Below, piece after piece: positions 9,087 through 18,326 of a stretch of DNA of 64,000 nucleotides. The stretch is taken from NCBI GenBank assembly GCA_944358455.1, contig CALVRE010000043.1, forward strand, positions 8,827 through 72,826, written 5' to 3'. Made by a program: the position numbers and the translations under genes. Numbering within the stretch: position 1 is the stretch's first letter; each line of letters opens with the position of its first letter. The notes beneath the pieces are model-generated. The model saw nothing but the letters and a program-made list of their open reading frames with translations, was not told the origin of the DNA and did not search any database. The stretch is from an uncultured Bacilli bacterium. Lineage in GTDB: Bacteria > Bacillota_I > Bacilli_A > RF39 > UBA660.

Positions 9087-11114
9087 CTACCTTTCGTAAT
9101 GACAACTACTGCATGCTACTTTATCTTTTTTCTGAACGAGCATTTCGCCACATTCTGGACATTTCTCACCAATCGGTTTATCCCAATAAGCGGTCTTACA
9201 TTTCGGATAGTTATTACATCCATAAAATAATTTGCCACGTTTACTTTTTTTCTCGATAATTTTACCATCACAATTTGGACAATCACAAATTTCCTTTACT
9301 TCTTTTGGTTCACTTTTTACATACTTGCACTGTGGATAATTACTACAAGCAGTAAACTCACCATAACGACTTTTGCGAATCACAAGTGGGTGGCCACATT
9401 CCGGACACATTTCACCAGTTTCCTCAGCCTTTTTCTTTTCCATCTTACCAAATGCCTCTTGTAAAGCTGGATCAAAATCTTTATAGAAATCTTCTACCAC
9501 TTGATACCAAACAGCACTTCCTTCTGCTATCTTATCGAGGTCTTCTTCCATATTTGCCGTATATTTTACATTGATAATATGATCAAAATACTCTTGTAAT
9601 TTATCTGTCACTTCAAAACCAATCTCCGTAGGTACGAACTTCTTATCGACCATATTCACATAACCACGTGTTTTAATATTATCCATAATTGTCGCATACG
9701 TACTAGGTCGACCAATTCCAAGTTCCTCCATCTCTTTAATCAATTTCGCTTCTGTATAACGAGCAGGTGGTTTCGTAAAATGTTGTTCCTTCGTAATTTC
9801 ATTTGATACGATCACATTCGACTGATAAGTATCAAATGGTGGTAAAATGGTATCTTTCGTATCTTCATAATCAGAGTATACTTTCAAATAACCATCGAAA
9901 ATAATGATACTACCGGTTGCTTTAAATTGATAATTATTATTATCTAAAAGAACGGTCGTATTATCCGTCTTCGCATCCGCCATCAGACTGGCAAGAGCAC
10001 GATAATAAATCATACGATACAATTTAAATTCATCATTTGATAAAAATGGTTTCACGCTCTCAGGAGTACGATTGATACTCGTTGGACGAATCGCTTCATG
10101 AGCATCTTGGACGTTTTCCGTCTTCTTAGCCGATTTCACATATCCAATATAATTTTCTCCATATTTAGAAGCAATATAACCATAAGTAGACTTAATAAAC
10201 TCATCACTCAAACGAACCGAATCCGTACGCATATAAGTAATAAGTCCCACTGTCTCATCGGCTAGTTCAATTCCTTCGTATAATTTTTGTGCTAGACTCA
10301 TCGTTTTTTTCGCGGTAAATCCTAACTTGTTTGAAGCATCTTGTTGCAACGTACTAGTAATAAAAGGATATTTTGACTTTTTATTCTTCGTCTTTTTGTC
10401 GACACTTTCAATTTTAAAAGCATTACTTAGATGATTTAAAACATCGTCAGCTTCTACCTCGGTATGAATTTCAAAATCTTTATGATTATATTGGAATAAG
10501 TCAGCGTCAAACTCTTTAAAATGAGCGGTAATACTCCAATATTCCTTTGGTATAAACGCTTCGATTTCACGTTCGCGATCAACGATTAATTTTAAAGCTA
10601 CACTCTGCACACGACCAGCACTGCTACCACTTGTTTTCGACTGCATCAATTTGGATAGACGAAACCCGATAATACGATCCAATATTCTTCTTGCCTCTTG
10701 GCTACTCACCATATCTTGATCGATCTTTCGCGTATGTTTAAATGCTTCTGTCACAGCACCTTTCGTAATTTCATTGAAAACGACACGATCATAATCTTTG
10801 TCTTTCAATTTTAATGCATCGTATAAATGCCAAGAAATCGCTTCTCCCTCACGATCAGGATCGGTTGCTAGATAAACATGATCTGCAGCCTTAGCATCAC
10901 GTTTTAACTCATCGATCACTTTTTTCTTTCCCTTAATAGGAACATAATCAGGTTTAAAGTGATCTTCTAAATCAACACCTAAACCATATTTCCCTTTCGT
11001 CGATAAATCACGAATATGTCCCTTACTAGATACTACTTTATAATCTTTCCCTAAATATTTTTCAATTGTTTTACTTTTACTTGGAGATTCCACAATGACT
11101 AAATTTTTTGACAT
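9087..11114 (-). CDS. topA: DNA topoisomerase I with C-terminal zinc ribbons
   Basis: 675 aa. It has a TOPRIM N-terminus (LVIVESPSKSKTI), the active-site region (GLITYMRTDS), and three C4 zinc-ribbon motifs (CPECG...C..C). Confidence 0.9.
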   Translation of the reverse strand: MSKNLVIVESPSKSKTIEKYLGKDYKVVSSKGHIRDLSTKGKYGLGVDLEDHFKPDYVPIKGKKKVIDELKRDAKAADHVYLATDPDREGEAISWHLYDALKLKDKDYDRVVFNEITKGAVTEAFKHTRKIDQDMVSSQEARRILDRIIGFRLSKLMQSKTSGSSAGRVQSVALKLIVDREREIEAFIPKEYWSITAHFKEFDADLFQYNHKDFEIHTEVEADDVLNHLSNAFKIESVDKKTKNKKSKYPFITSTLQQDASNKLGFTAKKTMSLAQKLYEGIELADETVGLITYMRTDSVRLSDEFIKSTYGYIASKYGENYIGYVKSAKKTENVQDAHEAIRPTSINRTPESVKPFLSNDEFKLYRMIYYRALASLMADAKTDNTTVLLDNNNYQFKATGSIIIFDGYLKVYSDYEDTKDTILPPFDTYQSNVIVSNEITKEQHFTKPPARYTEAKLIKEMEELGIGRPSTYATIMDNIKTRGYVNMVDKKFVPTEIGFEVTDKLQEYFDHIINVKYTANMEEDLDKIAEGSAVWYQVVEDFYKDFDPALQEAFGKMEKKKAEETGEMCPECGHPLVIRKSRYGEFTACSNYPQCKYVKSEPKEVKEICDCPNCDGKIIEKKSKRGKLFYGCNNYPKCKTAYWDKPIGEKCPECGEMLVQKKDKVACSSCHYER

Positions 11115-11139
11115 TTCATCACTTCCTCATTTCCTCTAA

Positions 11140-11168
11140 TTTATACACTATTCTATTTGGAAAGTCAA
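11140..11168 (-). promoter_or_regulatory. candidate sigma-A promoter for topA
   Basis: The minus strand reads TTGACT-17nt-TGTATAAAT, which is a -35 box with an extended -10, upstream of the topA start. Confidence 0.35.
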
Positions 11169-11360
11169 TAACTATGACAGTATCCCCTCAATTCATTTGA
11201 CAATTTTTCAAATCTTTACTACCTATTATAAATATACCACTTTTATTCTTTATGATCCTTTTATCAAATATAAAATTCAACAAATACCATTTTAACACAC
11301 CAAACAAAAAACACAACAATATCGTTGTATTTTGAAACATTTCTTCAACCAAACTAATGA

Positions 11361-12113
11361 TTATTCGATTTCAATACCAATCGGACAATGATCGCTACCA
11401 TAAACGTCAGAATAAATAATAGCATCTTTTAAATGATCTTTATAAGATTCTGAGAGAATAAAATAATCGATGCGCCAACCAATGTTACGGGCTCTTACAT
11501 TTCCGATATAGCTCCACCAAGTATAGCGATCTGATAAATCAGGATATAAATAACGGAAACTGTCAATAAAGCCACTCTCTAATAACTTCGTAAATTTATC
11601 TCTTTCTTCATAAGTGAAACCTGCATTACCAATATTTGCTTTCGCATTTTTAATATCGATTTCTTCGTGTGCGACATTAAAGTCTCCACAACTAATAACC
11701 GGCTTCTTTTCCTCTAATTTCTTGAGATAAGATCGAAAATCATCTTCCCATTTCATGCGATAATCGAGACGAGATAAGTCTCTTTTCACATTTGGAACAT
11801 AAACATTCACCAAATAAAAATTCGGATATTCCAACGTAATCATTCTTCCTTCTTGATCATGTTCCTCGATCCCCATACCATAGGATACAGAAAGTGGTGT
11901 TTCTTTCGTATAGACAAGCGTTCCCGAATATCCTTTTTTATTGGCTGGATTTAAATAATGATCATAATGATCGACAGTAAAAGGGATTTCTTCCTCCAAA
12001 GCTTTTACTTCTTGAAGACAAACAATATCCGCATCGACGCGATGAAAAAAATCTACAAAGCCTTTCTTATAACAAGCTCTAAGTCCTGCTACATTCCAAG
12101 AAACTAATTTCAT
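11361..12113 (-). CDS. xth: exodeoxyribonuclease III (AP endonuclease, ExoA/Xth family)
   Basis: MKLVSWNVAGLRA..., DIVCLQE and the C-terminal SDHCP motif. A GAGGTG RBS lies before the ATG at 12113. Confidence 0.85.
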   Translation of the reverse strand: MKLVSWNVAGLRACYKKGFVDFFHRVDADIVCLQEVKALEEEIPFTVDHYDHYLNPANKKGYSGTLVYTKETPLSVSYGMGIEEHDQEGRMITLEYPNFYLVNVYVPNVKRDLSRLDYRMKWEDDFRSYLKKLEEKKPVISCGDFNVAHEEIDIKNAKANIGNAGFTYEERDKFTKLLESGFIDSFRYLYPDLSDRYTWWSYIGNVRARNIGWRIDYFILSESYKDHLKDAIIYSDVYGSDHCPIGIEIE

Positions 12114-12173
12114 ACTGAACACCTCACATTCATTTTATCATAATCTTCTCTATTTTTGAAAAAAAAGATTGGA

Positions 12174-15100
12174 TTATTCTCCAACCTTTTCAATCATTAA
12201 TTCGACCTCTAAACCATTCATATCATATGGTTCACTAATATTAGACTTTTTGATTAATTCGAGCGCCAATGTTTCGTTTTTGATATATTCTTGATGTTTT
12301 TCTAACGTTTTCTCTAACATTTCATTGCCATCGTAATAAACGCGAATACGATCCGTAATATTGAGATCTAATTCCTTACGTAAACTTTGAACTTTACGGA
12401 TAATTTCACGAGCAATTCCTTCTAATACTAAATCTTCTGTTAACTCTGTATTGAGAATAACAAATACTTTCGAATTGCTAGCGGAACAGAATCCTTCTTT
12501 TACCTCTACTTTAATATCGACCATATCCGGCGTAACATCGAGATCAAGTCCATCGAAATTACCATGGTAAACCCCTGATTCGATGGCTTCAATTTCTTCG
12601 TTATTTAAAGTTAGTAAGTAATCGGCAAACTGTTTTACTTTCGGTCCAAAAATCTTACCTACAACACGATAATTTGGTTTAATCGTATAGTTCATATAAT
12701 CAGTCATATTCGTAATAAAATTAACTTCTTTTACATTTAACTCTTCTTTGATGATACCCACTAAATTACCAATTGTCTCTTCGTGTCTTTGATCTAAAAT
12801 AACTTCACTAATTGGTTGACGTACTTTAATTTTTACATCTTCACGAGCATATCGTCCTAAGGAACAAATATCACGGACAAGATCCATCTGTTCTTCGACT
12901 TTTTCATCGACATATTCCTCTTGATATTTTGGGAAGTTTTCAAGATGAACCGATGCATTACCAGTTAAGTTACGATAGATTTCTTCTGTGATAAATGGTG
13001 AAATTGGTGCGATCAATTTCGTTAATGCAAGCAATACTTCATAAGTTGTCTGATAGACAGCTTGTTTCGAAGGCGTTAACTCACTCTCCCAGAAACGACG
13101 ACGATTACTACGAATATACCAATTTGATAAATCATCATTCAAGAATGTAATAATTGGTTTCGTAACACTGGTCAAATCATAATTTTCATAACCTTCGGTT
13201 ACTTCTTTGATCAATTTATGTAATTTTGATAATAACCATTTATCGATCACTTCACGATTTTGAACGGGAATATCATATTCTCTTGGATCTACACCATCCG
13301 CACTCGCATACATTTGAAAGAAGGAATAAGTATTTTTTAACGTACTAATAAACTTTGAATAGATTTCCTTAAGTCCATCGACATCGAATTTCGTTGGTAA
13401 CCATACCGGTGAAGTATAAGGCAAATAGAAACGAATCGTATCAGCTCCATATTCTTCGATAATATCAAATGGATTGATCGCATTTCCTTTGCTTTTACTC
13501 ATTTTTTTACCATATTTATCTAGAAGTAAATCATTGACCAAAACATTTTTATATGGTGCTTTACCTGTTACAAAAGTAGAAATTACTAATAATACATAAA
13601 ACCATCCACGTGTTTGGTCGATTCCTTCACTGATAAAATCAGCAGGAAATTGATTTTCAAAAAGATCTTTATTTTCAAATGGGTAATGATACTGAGCAAA
13701 TGGCATTGATCCTGAATCAAACCAACAATCGATCACATCGGGAACTCTACCCATCAAATGACCACAATCTGGACATTTAATATGAATATCATCGACAAAT
13801 GGACGATGAAGTTCAATCGTCATATCAATTTCTTCATAAGCTCGTTCCACTAATTCTGCTCTTGATCCAATCATTTCTTTATGACCACATTCACAAGTCC
13901 AAAGTGGAAGTGGTGTTCCCCAATAACGACTTCTTGAAATCGCCCAATCATTCATATTCTCAAGCCAATTACCAAAACGTTTTTCCCCAACATAATCAGG
14001 ATGCCAATGCACCGTATTATTATTTTCGATAATTTTATCTTTCAATTTCGTCGTTTCGATATACCAACTTGGTTTAGAATAATAAAGTAATGGCGTTCCA
14101 CATCGCCAACAATGTGGATAGTTGTGATTCATTTTAATCTTTTTAAATAATTTGTCATGTTCTTTTAAATACTTGATCACTTCTAGATCCGCATCCATGA
14201 CGAACGTCCCTTTCCATGGGCCTTCTTTATATTTACCATCTTCTCCAACTGGATTTACGACTGGTAAGTGATAACGCTTTCCGACCTGATAGTCATCTTC
14301 TCCAAATGCTGGCGCAAGGTGAACAACACCCGTTCCATCTTCCATCGTAACATAATTATCACAAGTAACAAAGAATGCATCTCCCTTGACATCAATAAAG
14401 GGTAATAACTGTTCATATTTGGTGTATTCCAAATCTTTTCCTTTATAAGTTTCTAACACTTCATATTCGTCACCCAAGATAGAAGGTGCTAATTTTTCAG
14501 CCAAAATAAACTGAAAACCTTTGCTTTTCGCTTTCACATAACGTTCCTCAGGATTTACACAAAGTGCGACATTGGCAAGTAACGTCCAAGGTGTCGTCGT
14601 CCATACTAAGAAATAAGTATCTTCTCCGACCACTTTCATTGGTACCACTACCGAATTAACCGGAATTTCCTTATATCCTTGTGCAACCTCATGACTAGCA
14701 AGACCTGTTCCACATCTCGTACAGAAAGGTAAAATCTTATGTCCTTCATAAATTAAACCAGCATCGAAAAACTTCTTCAAAATCCACCATTCTGTCTCAA
14801 TATAATTATTATCGTAAGTAACATATGGATGTTCCAAATCGATGAATTGTCCCATTTCTTTCGTCAATTTTGAAAAAGCCTCTTCGTTTTTCCAAACACT
14901 TTCACGACACTTTTGATTAAATGGTTCAATTCCATATTTCTCGATATCTTTTTTATCATTGAATCCTAGTTCTTTTTCCACTTCTAATTCGACCGGAAGA
15001 CCATGAGTATCCCATCCTACTTTACGATATACTTGATATCCTTGCATCGTTTTATATTTACAAAAAGTATCTTTTAAGAATTTAGCCAGCATATGATGAA

Positions 15101-15266
15101 CACCAGGCATTCCATTTGCAGTTGCTGGTCCATCATAGAAAACAAATTTTTCTTCTCCATTACGGTTTTCAATTGTTTTATTTAAAATATCAATTTCTTC
15201 CCAATATTTTGAGATTTCTTTTTCGCAATCGTTAATTTTTCCTTTGTTTAATTCTTTAAAATTCAT
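12174..15266 (-). CDS. ileS: isoleucine--tRNA ligase, type 2 (long, eukaryote-like form)
   Basis: 1030 aa. It has the HMLAK (HIGH-type) and KMSKSKGN motifs, WTTTPWTL, and C-terminal Zn-binding cysteines. Its start overlaps the GNAT stop. Confidence 0.85.
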   Translation of the reverse strand: MNFKELNKGKINDCEKEISKYWEEIDILNKTIENRNGEEKFVFYDGPATANGMPGVHHMLAKFLKDTFCKYKTMQGYQVYRKVGWDTHGLPVELEVEKELGFNDKKDIEKYGIEPFNQKCRESVWKNEEAFSKLTKEMGQFIDLEHPYVTYDNNYIETEWWILKKFFDAGLIYEGHKILPFCTRCGTGLASHEVAQGYKEIPVNSVVVPMKVVGEDTYFLVWTTTPWTLLANVALCVNPEERYVKAKSKGFQFILAEKLAPSILGDEYEVLETYKGKDLEYTKYEQLLPFIDVKGDAFFVTCDNYVTMEDGTGVVHLAPAFGEDDYQVGKRYHLPVVNPVGEDGKYKEGPWKGTFVMDADLEVIKYLKEHDKLFKKIKMNHNYPHCWRCGTPLLYYSKPSWYIETTKLKDKIIENNNTVHWHPDYVGEKRFGNWLENMNDWAISRSRYWGTPLPLWTCECGHKEMIGSRAELVERAYEEIDMTIELHRPFVDDIHIKCPDCGHLMGRVPDVIDCWFDSGSMPFAQYHYPFENKDLFENQFPADFISEGIDQTRGWFYVLLVISTFVTGKAPYKNVLVNDLLLDKYGKKMSKSKGNAINPFDIIEEYGADTIRFYLPYTSPVWLPTKFDVDGLKEIYSKFISTLKNTYSFFQMYASADGVDPREYDIPVQNREVIDKWLLSKLHKLIKEVTEGYENYDLTSVTKPIITFLNDDLSNWYIRSNRRRFWESELTPSKQAVYQTTYEVLLALTKLIAPISPFITEEIYRNLTGNASVHLENFPKYQEEYVDEKVEEQMDLVRDICSLGRYAREDVKIKVRQPISEVILDQRHEETIGNLVGIIKEELNVKEVNFITNMTDYMNYTIKPNYRVVGKIFGPKVKQFADYLLTLNNEEIEAIESGVYHGNFDGLDLDVTPDMVDIKVEVKEGFCSASNSKVFVILNTELTEDLVLEGIAREIIRKVQSLRKELDLNITDRIRVYYDGNEMLEKTLEKHQEYIKNETLALELIKKSNISEPYDMNGLEVELMIEKVGE

Positions 15267-15816
15267 GTTCTTCCTCCTTTAACATCGAATATACTAACAA
15301 ATCTTCTCTTTCTTTCGTCGTAGGATTGATCATACGTTTTCGAAGTCTTCCTTCATACTTCATTCCTGCTTTTTCCATCACTTTACCACTAGCAGGATTC
15401 GATGGAAAATGTCTCGCTTCTATAACTGCTAATCCAACTTCACAAAATCCATAATGAAGCACTCTCTTCAAAGCTTCTGTCGCATAACCATTTCTCCACC
15501 ATTTCGAACCATAAGCATAGGCTACTTCCGCTGTTTGATACTTGGAGTGAATATGTAAAAGTTCAATCATTCCGATTGGCTCTTTTAACTCTTTCAATTC
15601 CACAACCCATAAATATTTATTGTCATTATAAGCATTAATACAACTTTCCACATACTCTCTAGTTTCATCGATATTTTTATGCTTATCCCACATTACATAG
15701 GAAGCTGTTTGCGGATCTGATCCATAATTGTAATATAGTGGTTCTATATCACTTACTTCCAATTTTCTTAAAATAAGACGTTCCGTTTCTAATCTTTTTG
15801 TACCAAGCTGATTCAT
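15256..15816 (-). CDS. GNAT family N-acetyltransferase (RimJ/RimL-like)
   Basis: 186 aa with a typical Acetyltransf_3 pattern. It sits between the T-box leader and ileS and overlaps ileS by 11 nt. Confidence 0.7.
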   Translation of the reverse strand: MNQLGTKRLETERLILRKLEVSDIEPLYYNYGSDPQTASYVMWDKHKNIDETREYVESCINAYNDNKYLWVVELKELKEPIGMIELLHIHSKYQTAEVAYAYGSKWWRNGYATEALKRVLHYGFCEVGLAVIEARHFPSNPASGKVMEKAGMKYEGRLRKRMINPTTKEREDLLVYSMLKEEEHEF

Positions 15817-15824
15817 AATATCCC

Positions 15825-16035
15825 CCCATAAATAAAAAAAAGATGATACCGATTAAGGACGAGTTTCCCCGCGGTACCACCTTAGTTTATAATATTTATA
15901 CACTTTATACTATAACGCGTAACCGTTCTTATCTTATCCATAAGAAACATCTAGAGTGATCTATATATGAATCTCATATCTATTTTCACCAACCATAGAC
16001 TCTCTACTAATCCCTTCATATACCGTCTCTATCAT
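15825..16035 (-). promoter_or_regulatory. T-box riboswitch leader for the GNAT-ileS operon
   Basis: The minus strand contains the conserved T-box sequence AAGGTGGTACCGCGG (plus 15869-15883), followed by a U-run (plus 15833-15841). The Stem I region has AGAGAG, and a candidate specifier AUC-A is followed by CUCUA pairing with the stem base. Confidence 0.6.
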
Positions 16036-16040
16036 CTGTT

Positions 16041-16499
16041 TTAAAGTTCTGTTTTATCTAATTCATCGACAACTTGTAGTTGTTCTTCGATGATCGCTTT
16101 AATTCTTCGTTTAAAGATATTAATATTTCTTCTTAACATATTTGCCTCTTGTTCCGTCTTTTCCGCCTGGAGAAGAGCTTCATTGATAATACGGTTGGCA
16201 TTTTTCTTCGCATCGTCAAGAATAACTTCACTTTCCTGATGAGCAGCAACTCGCATTTGATCCGATGTCTTTTGAGCCATCAAAATCGCACGATTTAACG
16301 TCGCTTCCATTCGTTCATACTGCGCAAGCTTTTGTTTTAAACGCGTATTCTCCTCTGCTATAGACACTAACTCAGCAATCTGTTTATCTTTTTTCTTGTT
16401 GTCTTCGATCATCTGCTCTACTTGCTTAATTACTTTGTCTAAAAAAGCATTTACCTCTTCAGGATCATAGCCGCGAAGTGTTCTGTTAAATTTCTCCAT
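16041..16499 (-). CDS. divIVA: cell-division protein DivIVA
   Basis: MEKFNRTLRGYDPEEVNAFLDKV..., a coiled-coil protein. AAGAGGTGA lies 5 nt before the ATG at 16499. The ORF track extends 12 codons further upstream. Confidence 0.8.
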   Translation of the reverse strand: MEKFNRTLRGYDPEEVNAFLDKVIKQVEQMIEDNKKKDKQIAELVSIAEENTRLKQKLAQYERMEATLNRAILMAQKTSDQMRVAAHQESEVILDDAKKNANRIINEALLQAEKTEQEANMLRRNINIFKRRIKAIIEEQLQVVDELDKTEL

Positions 16500-16559
16500 A
16501 AATTCACCTCTTGGCGCTACGGCATATTGTAGCACACTTTTTTATTCTTGTAAATATTT

Positions 16560-16973
16560 CTACCACTCGATATTGATATCATCATTATCGTGAATATCTT
16601 TTCCTTCTGTTTCATCTGTAATTTTTCCTTGAACATTGACATTATTAGGAGTACAAAGAAAAATTCCTCCACCGATCTTTTGAAGATCTCCCCCAATCGC
16701 ATAAATCGTTCCACTCAAGAAATCGACAATACGTTTTGCTTGATCACTCGTCACACGTTTCAAATTGACAACCACTGTATTACGATTTTTTAAATGATCG
16801 ACAATTTGTTGTGCCTCCGAATAAGCACGTGGTTCAAGTAAGATCATCTTACTTCCACCATCATTTTCTGCTAAAGCTTCTTCCGGCTTTAAATTATAAT
16901 ATTCATTTGAAGTATCATTGCTACTAAAAACATCATCTTCAGTAGTAAGCCACTTTTTTAAATTCAGTCCCAT
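16560..16973 (-). CDS. sepF: cell division protein SepF
   Basis: The C-terminal domain reads VVVNLKRV...[38 protein letters not shown] lies 9 nt before the ATG at 16973. Confidence 0.75.
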   Translation of the reverse strand: MGLNLKKWLTTEDDVFSSNDTSNEYYNLKPEEALAENDGGSKMILLEPRAYSEAQQIVDHLKNRNTVVVNLKRVTSDQAKRIVDFLSGTIYAIGGDLQKIGGGIFLCTPNNVNVQGKITDETEGKDIHDNDDINIEW

Positions 16974-17063
16974 TTTTTTATTCCTCCTATTTATGATCAC
17001 AAGTTTTCACTTTACTATATCAATTCTACCATAGTTTCTAAAAAAAGAAAATATTTTTTATTT

Positions 17064-17705
17064 TTATTTTACAATTACCGTTCGAATTGCCGTATTAGTA
17101 CTTCCATTACTTGATACCGTATAATGAATATAATAAGTTCCAGCGGTATTTGTATCAATACTAGATACCTGCACATCAGCTTTTATGAATGTAGTCGTAT
17201 AGGATAATGATGTACCACTCTGATCTTTTGCAACAACACCAGGATCGGTAAATATCTCTCCTATTCCCACATAAATAAGTGGCGAACCATTCATAATAAT
17301 CGATGGTGTATTTTCCTGATATCCATCAGGCTGCATCCCCACTGGCGTATTATTAATCAACACCTCATAAGATAAACCACCATCTTCATAAGTAACAACA
17401 ACCACTAAATTTTCAAATGGTTCCCCTGTCTTAGGGTTCTCAATCGTCTTTTCTACATATCCATTTTGAATTAAAAACTCAAGTGTCAAAGTTTTTACTG
17501 GATTTTCTTCAGTAGGTAAATCATAGATGTTTTCATTTGCCCACATCTTAGCTGCTGTCTCGATATTTGCTATCTGTTGTTGATAAGAATTTTCACGCAT
17601 ATTCTTAATCGCTCCATCAATCACAGGAACGGCAATCAATGCTAGGACTCCCAAAATAACAATTACCGCCAATAATTCGATTAACGTAAATCCACGTTTC
17701 TTCAT
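17064..17705 (-). CDS. type IV pilin or pseudopilin with a C-terminal bacterial Ig-like (DUF5011-type) domain
   Basis: The N-terminus MKKRGFTLIELLAVIVILGVLALIAVP is a class III signal with G|F cleavage and E+5. The C-terminus GSPLIYVGIGEIFTDPGVVAKDQSGTSL...TAGTYYIHYTVSSNGSTNTAIRTVIV matches the DUF5011 Ig-like pattern. AGGTGA lies before the ATG at 17705. Confidence 0.65.
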   Translation of the reverse strand: MKKRGFTLIELLAVIVILGVLALIAVPVIDGAIKNMRENSYQQQIANIETAAKMWANENIYDLPTEENPVKTLTLEFLIQNGYVEKTIENPKTGEPFENLVVVVTYEDGGLSYEVLINNTPVGMQPDGYQENTPSIIMNGSPLIYVGIGEIFTDPGVVAKDQSGTSLSYTTTFIKADVQVSSIDTNTAGTYYIHYTVSSNGSTNTAIRTVIVK

Positions 17706-17762
17706 ATTCGTCACCTATCTTATAAATCAATTATACACTAAAATAAATACAAAATCTAGATA

Positions 17763-17795
17763 GAAAAAGCACAACCCATAAGTTGTGCTTTATTA
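17763..17795 (-). terminator. intrinsic terminator after the frameshifted pilin gene
   Basis: The hairpin AAGCACAAC-ccataa-GTTGTGCTT is followed by a T-run on the minus strand. Confidence 0.5.
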
Positions 17796-17807
17796 AATAT
17801 GATCGAA

Positions 17808-18207
17808 CTACAAATCAATCTGATAAGGACTGCTAGAAGTTCCGTCCCCTGAGCTAATGATAAGATTAGAATTTAACACCAATACCGGGCGAACCCCATA
17901 CCAAAGATAGTCAACACTACTACCATACGAAATGCCATAGTTGTTGATGCGCCCCACACTGGAAGAGGAGTTTACCCACCGATTCATATACCAATAATTG
18001 ATATTCAAATCATTTCCACTGTATCTCTGTCCATATGATGGTAATCCTATATAGGTACTAACACTTCCATCATACGTGTTGTTCCAATGTTCCTTTTCTT
18101 GCATCTTCGATCGCATTCATCACAAGTGGGGTTGCGATCAAGGCAATGACTGCTAGTACCACAATCACTGCGAGCAATTCAATTAACGTAAATCCTTTTT
18201 GTTTCAT
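17808..18207 (-). pseudogene. frameshifted type IV pseudopilin gene (46-aa prepilin N-terminus in one frame, 102-aa remainder in the +1 frame)
   Basis: The ATG at 18207 gives MKQKGFTLIELLAVIVVLAVIALIATPLVMNAIEDARKGTLEQHV and then a stop at about 18067. The 102-aa ORF 17808..18116 overlaps it in another frame. The junction region contains the A-run AGAAAAGGA. Confidence 0.55.
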
Positions 18208-18225
18208 TTCAATTCCTCTTTCCAA

Positions 18226-18326
18226 CAAAAAAGAGAGGGTAAATATTTACCCCCCCTCCGTGTGCATATCGCACACTCATTTTATTATTTATTTTATCAA
18301 ACAAAAAAAGATTTTTCAATCTTTTT
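18226..18326 (-). repeat. copy 1 of a conserved intergenic element ending in an intrinsic terminator hairpin
   Basis: It shares the blocks CTTTTTTGTTTGAT, AAATGAGTGTGC, a GC-rich hairpin and TCTCTTTTTTG (minus-strand reading) with 34335-34432. Confidence 0.5.

Noticed and set aside
15900-16030. Apparent repeat shared between 15900-16030 and 40430-40560
   Set aside because: The shared blocks correspond to conserved T-box Stem I, AG-box and distal-loop motifs of two independent T-box leaders, not a mobile or dispersed repeat.
16517-16714. 65-aa ORF overlapping the 5' part of sepF, and the [10 protein letters not shown]-terminal extension of sepF
   Set aside because: It sits in an alternative frame within sepF. 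The extension contains the AGGAGG RBS for the downstream ATG, so it is not coding.
18067-18207. 46-aa prepilin-like ORF as a stand-alone gene
   Set aside because: It is too short to be a functional pilin, and a +1 frame continuation of 102 codons follows immediately. It is better explained as the 5' part of a frameshifted gene.
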